Both the position numbers and the translations under genes were made by a program. Below are positions 12,611 through 22,270 of a stretch of 64,000 nt of DNA, piece by piece. The stretch lies in assembly GCA_013115145.1 (NCBI GenBank), contig JAAPAO010000001.1, positions 62,001 to 126,000 on the forward strand, written 5' to 3'. The first letter of the stretch is position 1, and each line of letters opens with the position of its first letter. Origin of the DNA: Perkinsus chesapeaki ATCC PRA-425 (lineage: Eukaryota > Protista > Perkinsozoa). The notes beneath the pieces are model-generated. The model saw nothing but the letters and a program-made list of their open reading frames with translations. It searched no databases and was not told the DNA's origin.

Positions 12611-13164
12611 CTAATGTCCATCCTCCCCCTCGGGGGCAGCGGCAGCCTCTTCTCCCTCCTCTTTACGTTCAAGCATGCTTATATACAGGACTGACAGGGA
12701 AGTGTCCTGGTAATACAGCCATCAGTTCAGCCTACCATTATTGCCTCTAATGACAGCCTGACCATACCGACGACCCTCAGATCCGCTGTTCACACCTAAA
12801 ATGGCGAAGCCACTTAGCTACGGAGGCAGGGGAGGTACAGACCATATGGGAACTCAACCGCCTCATCCATGGCCAAGTTCATGAATCCATCCAAGGCGAG
12901 CAATCGGCCAGTGTAGTCAGTACCGTTATTAAGACGAACTCTTACACCACAGCCTCGCACCTGACAGCTAACATATTCCCTATGGAAGAATTTCGAAGTA
13001 ACTAGAAGTCCGAACAAGATCGTGCATTTTCTGATTCCCATTTCTAGCGCCCAGGAGCTAGACTGGTCCCATGTTACACCCTCCCCTCCCATGCCTAGTA
13101 ATACTACCTCTCTCAAGAAGTCTCCTGGAGTTCGCCGATTGGCCGCAGCAGCTGTGGCTGACAT
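12611..13164 (-). CDS. LSM6: Sm-like protein LSm6
   Basis: MSATAAAANRRTPGDFLRE|VRGCGVRVRLNNGTDYTGRLLALDGFMNLAMDEAVEF...RYGQAVIRGNN|VLYIS. The Sm1/Sm2 motifs are present, with the LSm6-specific TPxDFL N-terminus. Four exons. Confidence 0.9.
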
Positions 13165-13330
13165 GCTTATTAGGACCAAACTATCACCACATTTCTATTA
13201 ATATGCGCCAGCACAACACCGACACTCAGAGACATATATGTGATGATGAGACTGATAATGATGATGATGAATTAACAAACAATAAACAACAACCATACGC
13301 AATCCTAAATGCCCAACAACCGTGAGCGAA

Positions 13331-14636
13331 TCATCGAGGGACTTTAGAACACGAAAACCACCTCCAAAGTCTCCCAGGCAAACCGCCTTCCCCCTCCTCC
13401 CGGCCCGCTGACAGGTCCTCGGTTTGCACCATATTGTATCCAGCCGCATGAATCTTGTTAATGACGTCATAGACATCCTCCTCCCAAAACCCATCGCTGT
13501 GTTCGGCCAAGATACGGCAACGCCTCTCACTCTCATCAAGCAGATCCTGCAGACGAGCAACTTCCAAACGGAGACGGGTGATTTCGAGCTCGGGAGATTC
13601 CACGGATTCTTCGCGGTGCGCAAAGATGCCCTGGGCTGCACGCCAACAACGAGGGGTATGCAAACTGACGGCAATGGCCGCTCGCTCTTCGGGCACTTCT
13701 GGCGCTAAGGAGCCCTCAGCGGACACACTAAAGGTATCCTCAAATACCAGCAGACGTGGTGAAACTGAACACACTCTCTGACCGTGTAGGAGGCCTGTTA
13801 CGACGCACCACGCTCCTTCTCTCTGTGCTCCTCTGGAACCTCTGCGTCCACGTATGGCGTGCCCACAGGATCCTCCCCGCACCGTTTGTCCAGGCAGGGT
13901 GTCCTCTCTGGCTCCTGGTCAACCTTAAGGCTGTCATCCTCCACAGGCGGGCTCAACACGGCAGTCGACGGTGTCAACACTATGCTCTCTACACTTGCAA
14001 TTCTAACTTCACGCGCAACGAAATTTCCTCACTTTTCTTAAGAGGTGATGGAGTTCTAGCTGCCACCGCTTCTGCTGCCTCCTCTGTGGCCCGGGCTCCA
14101 TCACCAGCTACGCTGGCTGGTGCCGTCACCGACCACCTCAAAGGCTGCACGGCTCTCGATGCGGTAGCCTCCTTTGAACCGATACGTTCCCATGCCCTGG
14201 TGAAATGCAACGTAACTTCGATATCCTTATTGAGTTGAAAGCGAGTAAGCAAGCCATCGTGGGCCATGATGGGAACCATTAGCCGGCTTACGCGAATGAG
14301 ATGGAAGTTCTGGATAACAGCATGTGATACGTCTACGCTTTTTAGAGTCAAGCGAGGCCACAGAAAAAACGGGCACTGGCGAGTTATCGATATGTCCAGT
14401 AGGGCTGCTAAACCAGCATTGAGAAGGATAGAGTAGCTTTCCCGCCTTTAGTACCTTTGACCAGCATCAGCCTTCGAGAGGGATGCCACAGTCTCCCATA
14501 CTTCACCATTGCTTTCAACAACCCGTCGCCTAAGCTCCAACTTCCTATTGAACTCGGCAAGACCATCACTACTGGGGCAGACAGGTGATGGACTCCAGCC
14601 AGAAGAGGAGGTGCTACTCAGTTGACGAGTATCCAT
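13331..14636 (-). CDS. Hypothetical protein with short C-terminal coiled coil
   Basis: ORFs 14448-14636 (MDTRQLSS...), 13989-14351 and 13331-13882 (ELEITRLRLEVARLQDLLDESERR), separated by GT-AG introns. Confidence 0.45.
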
Positions 14637-14662
14637 TGAAGGAAGAGCAAGGCTGATGAGGG

Positions 14663-14846
14663 GAAAGATACCAAGGGGTTGAAGAAAGATACCTTGCAGA
14701 TGAAAGATACTAAGAGGTTGAAGAAAGATACCTTGCAGATGAAAGATACCAAGAGGTTGAAGAAAGATACCTTGCAGATGAAAGATACCAAGAGGTTGAA
14801 GAAAGATACCTTGCAGATGAAAGATACTAAGAGGTTGAAGAAAGAT
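14663..14846. repeat. 39-bp tandem minisatellite, about 4.7 copies
   Basis: Unit gttgaagaaagataccttgcagatgaaagatac(t/c)aagag repeated head-to-tail. Each unit contains gaaagatac twice. Confidence 0.95.
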
Positions 14847-14883
14847 TATCACTTTACGCTTTTCTCATCCTCCGAGATTTCAG

Positions 14884-15394
14884 TACTCTGGCAACGATTC
14901 CAGCGTTGAGGAAGTGCAAGAATTGGCTAGACAGCAAGATTACATCGGTTTTCTGTAAGGGTGAATAGAATTGTTTCTTGTGAGGTTAATGTTTTATGAC
15001 TCTTCGGATCCTTTGTATGAGGACGGTAGAAGAATGGGACTAGTAAATACCTTTAGTGAGTGGATGGGTAGTGCTAGTGCCCAAGCACAAAAGATATCAC
15101 ATCAAGTCACGTCAATTAGAGATCCACATAGATGGGAGGCATGGAACTTTACTGCTAAGACATTCGTCCCTGGTGTAGCAGATGTCATGGGTACTAATGG
15201 CGGAGAGACAGGAGGCATACCGTACTTCTCTCGATGACCGTAAAAATTACTATAGTGACCTTGGGGCTTTAATGAGGTTAATGACGCGAACTTCCTATTA
15301 TATTGTTATCTACACTTCCGCCGTCTGGACTTTTTCAAGCCAAACTTCGTATTCAGTGGAGGCAATTTATAAAAATGCTCGAGGAAGGATGTAA
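14884..15394 (+). CDS. Hypothetical spliced protein (start not evident; possibly 5'-truncated)
   Basis: In-frame splicing gives YSGNDSSVEEVQELARQQDYIGFL|LMFYDSSDP...AKTFVPG|EAYRTSLDDRKNYYSDLGALM|SQTSYSVEAIYKNARGRM*. Confidence 0.4.
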
Positions 15395-15611
15395 AAGACG
15401 CTCCTACATAAAAACAGTTCCGTAGGAAAGTGTATTAGAAGTTCTCTTTTGTAAGCAGTCATCCGATGAAACCCACCATTTCCGAACCCCGGCTGGAGAA
15501 CGCATAACGATCGTGGGGCTGTGTCTAACCTATCAACCATGCGAAACTGAATGCCTGTACTTGGTGCGTTAGGGTTTTCTTCCGAGCTCTTCTCCCATAT
15601 ACTTTGCTTTC

Positions 15612-15709
15612 TCCTGGGTCACAATCATTGCCATATAAAGGGTTATGTGTCACACTGGTCTCACCGGAGTTGTATTCTCTGGGCAATCGCCATGAGCTCT
15701 CCTGTGCAT
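15612..15709 (+). pseudogene. Inverted pseudogenic fragment of the Kir1 M2 helix
   Basis: High identity to the reverse complement of 20881-20989 (SWVTIIAI-GVMCHTGLTGVVFS...GNRHELSCA), with an in-frame TAA at 15636-15638 and an 11-nt deletion. Confidence 0.85.
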
Positions 15710-15776
15710 CCCCCTTATTTAGCGTTTCCCTTTTAACATATCCCGGAATCGCTTTTACTATGTGCGTAGTACTAAA

Positions 15777-16345
15777 ATGTGTCGAATGCTTAAATCAAGT
15801 TCTACTTCATACTTGCCAATTTCAGGTCGGCCTAATCTCCGACCATACCTTTCATCGTCATTCTTGGCCAGCCAAGATCCAGACGACCTTCAAGCATTCT
15901 ATCGATCACTGCCCTTCGCATCCCGTTTCGACGGCTTAGCCTTTGCTACCTGTGCTGTAATGTTTATCATACACCCTCCACCGCAGGCCGCCGCCGTTTA
16001 GGTGCTGCCTTTTCTGGAGGCTGTAAAATACGACTTCCCCGCTATTCGGCGCTGGAAGGTCCTCCCGATCACACGGTAGGATACTGGGCACTATGAGATA
16101 GAGTCTTGATTCCTTGTAGGACCTTCGTCGGCATTTACGGTCTCCAGTGTGTGTTCCCCCATGAGTTCTATTACTGCTTGCATCGTATAGTTCAATCGAC
16201 TTCCTATTATTGCTACAAGATCGGCCCCATGAAGGTCGGTGCAGCTGTAATGGTCCTAGTAGGCGCTGCAGCGTATGCATTGGGCAGAGGGCGGCGGAGA
16301 CGAGGAAGCCGTCAAGATGATGACGACGACAATAGCGACTGGTGA
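15777..16345 (+). CDS. Hypothetical protein with C-terminal transmembrane helix
   Basis: Spliced VLPFLEAVKYDFPAIRRWKVLPITR|TFVGIYGLQ...KVGAAVMVLVGAAAYALGRGRRRR...DW*: a hydrophobic segment followed by a basic stop-transfer cluster. Confidence 0.45.
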
Positions 16346-16447
16346 ATTTGATCATTTATAAATACCCGTGTGTTTCGATAACTGTTTCTAATACCCTCTG
16401 GTCTTGTGCTTAAAGTTTCCACAACCTCACTCGAACTTTCTCTACAG

Positions 16448-18996
16448 ATGCTTGCATCGTCATCACGCCTTCGACCGTTAGCATGTCGTCGGGCCTTCGT
16501 AGTGGGTATCTCACCGAGCCGGGGATTCACATCGTCGCTCACTTCCGAGGAGGCTGCTGCCAGTGGCCCTCTGAGCTCACAGGACCCGTTGGCGATACTT
16601 TCTGGTGGAGGTGACTTTATAGAGGCCACTAGGAAGGCTGTTACTATGTATGGAGTGTTTGGATGCGGCAATGAGGAGAAAGGTACTACTACGGGGATGG
16701 GCAACCGTATGCTGTCCACCGGAGGTTGGTTTCAGACGAGAAGTGGCGCGAGTTTTGTGGGCTACTGTGCGCTAGATGGACCTGGCTTAATGAACACGAG
16801 CATTTCTTGCCTTCTGAAGTTACTACTGAGCTCATAAAGGCACTTTGCCGCGAGGGGGAGGTCACTTTGGTAAGTAAAGGAAAACCAGTCTAGGATGACG
16901 TTCTCCCCCCAAGCTTCTATTGCAAAGGTTTCCTTTCAGAACTCCTTTTGGAATAAGATTCTTGCCTTGCCGGACTGCACGGCTCGTCACCGGTTTACCT
17001 CGTTTGGATCGATGGATGTGAAGCAAGCGTCTGAGATCGGGAGAGCCCTGGGTTACATTGGCAGAGTGTAGCCAGCTGCTGCTGCTAGGTCGCTAGCCTG
17101 TACCGTGTCATCTACTGCTAGGCATGTCCCTCTGGCACGGAGATTGGAGGCCTGCGCATCTACACAGGACACTATGTGGACAATGGACTTGCCTGAGGTT
17201 GCCCCTCTTATCAGCGCTCTTGGACTGCAACAAGTGAGATCTGAGGAATGCCGACTCCTATCATAGAACTTATGCCGACGATATTATTTGCACCCTAGTT
17301 GTATAAACACGTAACCGAGGGTTACGGACTAACCTGCATGCGGCCTTGCCCTTGTATAGTCTATCGGCCAACCGCTACTGCTAATCCTCTGTTATATACC
17401 TCAAGCCTCACCCATGGTACCACTGATACGTATAGTACCTCCGTGAAAGATTCCCCTCCGAAGTCTTCCCTTCAGTATGCTGGGCAAGATCTATATGAAG
17501 AGCTAGCCCAACGTGTGTGCGAAGAGATGAACGATCTCAGCCGAGATGAGCTTCTTGAAGTGCTAGAAGCCTTTGTAGAGGTGGGCCGCCCTGCAGCCAT
17601 CGGCCTGCCTGCTTCAACTTTCTCCCTCCGTCCACCAAAAGCTATCCTCGTTAGGGCAACATGCTTCCTCGAGAAGTCATCAAACATGCTGGTCGAGTAG
17701 TTCATGAAGGCATGTCGGACTTTACCCCATCGGACTTCATGCGATTGGCCCGAATGTGAGCATCCGATTGTACAAAGCAAAGGCTCCTCTGTCGGAGTGT
17801 CGGAGTCGGAAAGACTGCTCGTTCAGTTACCAAAGGATGGACAAACGGCATGATACCTTCTGTCGGTTCTGGATTCAGGACATGCTACATCATAGAGGAA
17901 TTGACGTAGAACCCGAAGCTTGCGTTCGTCCATCGGAAGACGCTGATCGCAAGTAAGACGTTCATTTGCCTTTGTTGTGTATTTTATGTGGTCTCGTGGC
18001 CTAATGGATAAGGCGTTGGTCTTCGGAACCAAAGATTGTGGGTTCGAGTCCCACCGAGATCGTTTTGCACTCCCAGGCAGATACACTTTGGTAGAGGCAT
18101 CGTTTGCCCTAAACTTTATGAAACAGCTTAAGCTGAATGTAGGCACCACAGAGTGGTGGGACAAGGAAGCAGACTACAGAAGGCTAAATGGCATAGTAGA
18201 CCGTCAGCGGGTTGCAGCTTTCACTGCATTTCACCATCAGGTGATTAACGGCTTCTGTAAAGCAGATGAACGAGGTGCTCGAGAGATGATTTCTGTAATG
18301 TCACCTCGAGACATCTCTCTCCTCGCATACTCCATATCACGAGCAACCTATCTCAAGAACTCCGACATTGAAGTGGTTGTACCAGCCATTGTAGACTTGT
18401 ATGTGGTCAATGCCTGATCGATGAATCGTCACTTCAGATGGATCGCTTCCGGTACCTGTTAACCCCTGGGAATGAGATTGGGGTGCCGATGAGAGAGAGG
18501 GCTGCAGAATACATAGCACCAACGATGGAGCACCTAGTCCGTTGTGGCAGAAATCGACGGAAGGATAAGTGAGACATCCGTCATAATGGCGTACCACTCC
18601 AAAGCACTGCAGGTATCTTGATTGTTCTTGGGTTGCCATCTGGTTGTGTAAAACTGTCTATTCTCGAAGCGTGCAGCAAATAGTGAGCATCAATAGGTAG
18701 AGGATCGGTGGTGACTTGCTGGAACTGCCCACCAGATCCCTCGGTCATCTCGGATACTCTGATCCGAACTACCACAAGATCTGGGTCAACTTCTACCTCG
18801 ATCGCATCGACTCCCTTAATAAACCAGACATAACCATGATCAAGGACACGTATGCCTTCACATCCCTCCATGGTTAGGGGGCCGCCTCAGGTTTAATAAG
18901 TTGAAGCTGCACGACGAGGACATCGGACGAGATCTCTTCTGGAGGTTAGGTCTGCGTTTTCAGCAGTGTGTTGTCAACACCAGTGCTGCACGGTAG
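16448..18996 (+). CDS. Organelle-targeted helical-repeat (HPR/RAP/FASTK-like) putative RNA-binding protein
   Basis: Ser/Arg-rich, acid-free N-terminus (MLASSSRLRPLACRRAF) typical of a mitochondrial presequence. Repeat-like segments include NDLSRDELLEVLEAFVEVG, YTLVEASFALNFMKQLKL, MSPRDISLLAYSISRA and LNKPDITMIKDTYAF. The family assignment is by motif resemblance only, and the 3' end is approximate. Confidence 0.5.
17990..18062 (+). tRNA. trnR-UCG: tRNA-Arg (anticodon TCG)
   Basis: GGTCTCG/CGAGATC acceptor stem, TGGCCTAATGGATAAGGC D-arm, TTGGT-CTTCGGA-ACCAA anticodon arm and GTGGGTTCGAGTCCCAC T-arm, followed by a TTTT Pol III terminator. Confidence 0.97.
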
Positions 18997-19030
18997 CCTA
19001 CTTCACTCCCATCAATGGTTACATGTCTTT

Positions 19031-19725
19031 TCAGGTTCTATGGAAACCGGGTGAGCCGCAGGATTCGACGAATTGGATGAATTTGGCAGCACGATAAACA
19101 TGTGACGTTTCTGTTAGACATCTCCTTTTTTTCGTTTCTTGAGTGTAACGCAATGGGAAGTCCGCGAAACTACACATCATCGGATACATGTCTACGATAG
19201 AGCGCATCAAGCACTGCAACAGTCGTTGGAGTGGTCGGGGCTCGATCGAGAGGCGCTGGCAGGCCCCATCGGAATATCTCGACTCTGACAGAGCGAATGT
19301 GAATTGTTAATGGAAGGTGGCTCACACTCCCCTGAATTCCCCGTCCAATGCTGGAACTTTGCCACATGGGTTGTCGATGCTGGGGCCACTGTAACGGCCG
19401 AAGCGATACCGCTATACTTGCCTCGATAGCTCCTCACCTTCCTTTGGATGCCACACGGCAGCGTGGAGCTCCCCTCGGCTCATTGTTCTCCTTTCCCTCC
19501 CCTCTCACTGCCTGGACTAGGCGACCTCGTCTCACGCTGTCATCTGGAGAAGAATACCAAATCAGCAGCGTGTCTTCAGTTACCCTTGGAAAGGACCGCG
19601 AATGGCGTTCTCTTCTCGACAGGGTACCGCGCAGTCTTCTCCTTTGAGATATCATGCGCCACCTTTTCGTTCCTCCCGTCATCAGTTGGGCGCTCTATCA
19701 TTTGTAAGACGTTCATCGGCGACAT
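19031..19725 (-). CDS. Hypothetical spliced protein
   Basis: MSPMNVLQMIERP... followed by GT-AG-bounded exons. The final frame is ambiguous. Confidence 0.3.
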
Positions 19726-19870
19726 TGGACACAGCCGGAAATGACTAGCACAGTCTCCTTCCCTTGTGATAAACGCGACAGCTTCGCTTCTATGGACATC
19801 CTTATATACGCATCATTGGTCATGACAGTCAAACAGAAGTAACAACTTTTCAGGCGTACGCGTACGTATC

Positions 19871-21905
19871 CTAGCCATGCTCGCCGGCCTTGAGGTGCTC
19901 GAGGAGCGGTCTACTGACGGAGTCAGATGATATTGCTGATGTCCTACGCGAGACAGATAACGATGGGATAACTCCCATAAAAGGACCAAGAAGGCCGCTG
20001 CTGTGCGCAGGTGTGGAGTGTGATTCATGGCTTTCGTGTGCCTGGCGTACGATGTCACCAGTAACAAAGGGCGGAGTCGAACCCGATGGCTGGGATGGTG
20101 GTGGTGCAGTAAAATCAACTTCATCGAGGCAATTAACATCCACGTCATAGCATCCACTGTCCCCTTGTCTGTGCACTATGTTACGCCACTGTATGTTTTC
20201 TGTGTCCTCTGGCATCCATACAACTTTGCGGAGGTTCCAGCTCTTTCGGACACCGATCACTCGCCCAGTTGTAGCGTCCGTAAATTCAATGGTACAAACG
20301 AGTTCGAACTCTGTGGTGGCGTGAGGGTCGCTGGGATCCACTTCCGTGACGAGATCAGACTCCCGCAGGTCAAAATGCTCCTTCACAGCTTGGTGAGGCG
20401 CCGAGCGATCCGTTCTCTTCGTTAGCCTTCCCGGCTTAACTTTTTGCCGCTGCTGATGCGAGGCTCCCATTCTTTTGTCTACTCTCTTGTACGGGACAGT
20501 GACTGTCACTTCAACAGGGAGGCTCATAAACTCCAGTGGGATGGAGGTAGCTATATCACTTATTTCCTCAACACTGGGACACACCCAGCCGTCTGTTTTA
20601 CATGGATGATGCTCGACCAAAAAGCAGCGAATGTTAACCCCGAAGAAGTGACGGTGGAAAACATTGACCAGCCGGAAGCACAAGCGGACTGTGCTCTCTT
20701 CGTCTGGTAATGACACAGACGTGCTCGAGCCACTGCAAGAACAATCACTTCTGCACCCCTCCTCCTGGGAGTCCTTCGACTCATCGCTGAGGAATGGATC
20801 ACGCGTGGCTAGATGGTGATGACGATGATAATGATGACGATGATACTCGACGCAGGGTATAGCATACAGTACCGTTGAAAATGCACAGGAAAGCTCATGG
20901 CGGTTGCCCAGAGTGAACTTGGAGAATACCACTCCGGTGAGACCAGTGTGACACATAACCCCAGATATGGCAATGATTGTTACCCAGGAATGAGTGCTGA
21001 AGCATATAGGGTGCATCACGCCATAACCGATGGTGAACATAGTCTGAACGATGATGACGGTAACTACTAATAGTAGAGGAGGACGGGAATCGGTTACCTC
21101 CACTGTGAAAAAGAAAGTGTCAAACCATCCATGGGCTTCCTCCACGCAAACCATGCCTGGGTCCATCATCGACAAAAACGTGGCGAAAATACCGATGAGT
21201 ATCATGTAGCAGCAGAAGCAATCTGAAAAGAGCAGATGAGTTAGGTAACCCACAGAGAGGGTTTCATACAGAACCAGAGCTTGGCCCAGGTCATTCGAAT
21301 GAGAGCAGGAAAGAGATCGAACTTCCATGTAAGCCAAAATCTAGCAGCCGCCGATAGCCTCAAGTCGACATTGTAAATTCCTCTCTTCGACACAATGGAC
21401 TTCCCCGTTCCCGAGGCGAATAGTCTGAATGGGTATATTGCACATTGATCCAGCGGTAGGATCGCTCACTCATTGTATGTCTTGCGCGCGTTAGTGTTTT
21501 TCCGGCCTGAAAACACCCTGTATGTAGTTCGAGCAGCGTCACAGAGACGTACGAGCCTCGTTAACAGCGTTGACGAAGCCTCCGAGATCAGCCGGACTCA
21601 GAACCATCGAAAGCCTGTGTGCCGCCGAACCGGCCGCGGCCGAGCTACGGGAGAAAGAGTATGGTCTGACAGAGAGTTTGAAAAAGAGAGATTCTTCCCT
21701 CTATTGCTTCTTACGTGTAGTGTTCCCTTCTAGGATCGGAACTTGTCTGTTGTGAAAGTTTATCACCCATGAGGGACTCTCGCAACTTGTTGCGCTCCGT
21801 ATCGTCCAAGGGTATTGATGGGAGAGTGAAGTCGAAGTGGACTTGTTGTGCTGAGGACTCTGGCGTGGTTAGTTTCAGTCTTGGCACTTCCGGGCGAATG
21901 CTCAT
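19871..21905 (-). CDS. Inward-rectifier K+ channel, copy 1 (Kir1)
   Basis: Slide-helix region SIVSKRGIYNVD...KFDLFPALIRMTW, M1, CVEE...FFFTVE|TMFTIGYG...PICF, M2, and a cytoplasmic IRK domain (LCFRLVNVFHRHF, PLEFMSLPVEV, FELVCTIEFTDATTG, RKSW, YDVD). Confidence 0.92.
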
Positions 21906-22270
21906 TAACTTTGATTCCAACTCTGAGTCGAAGCGCTTTCTTTGGAGTTCCTCTGAAGATAGCCGTTGAATTCTTGACACAGTAAAGAGTACAGACAATT
22001 AACCAACGCAGCAGGAACAATGGAATGAAACGAATTCCGAGCGAAAACGCCCCTCGAATGGGTCGAAGGATGTGATGGTATAATAAGATATACGTTAGAA
22101 CAGTAGACACACCACGACCGGGCATTCCGATCGAGTTATCGTTAATATAAGGAACAGTAATTGGCAAGAAAAACAAACAGAGGGAAAACACAATCATCAA
22201 ACAGAAAACGGTCATCGCCCTATTGGGAGGCCTCATTGGGGTATGCTCCCAGCGGCGAGGTACATGCAAA

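Noticed and set aside
14663-14846. Regular repeat considered as a CRISPR array
   Set aside because: The units are head-to-tail with no unique spacers, the context is eukaryotic, and there are no cas genes.
17977-18080. ORF-track protein start MYFMWSRGLMDKALVFGTKDCGFESHRD
   Set aside because: This is the tRNA-Arg gene and intron read in frame by chance, not a real N-terminus.
21990-22260. Hydrophobic two-TM-like stretch in the 227-aa minus ORF between Kir2 and Kir1
   Set aside because: It is a T-rich 3'UTR/intergenic and polypyrimidine region that translates as F/L/I. The ORF overlaps both Kir genes out of frame.
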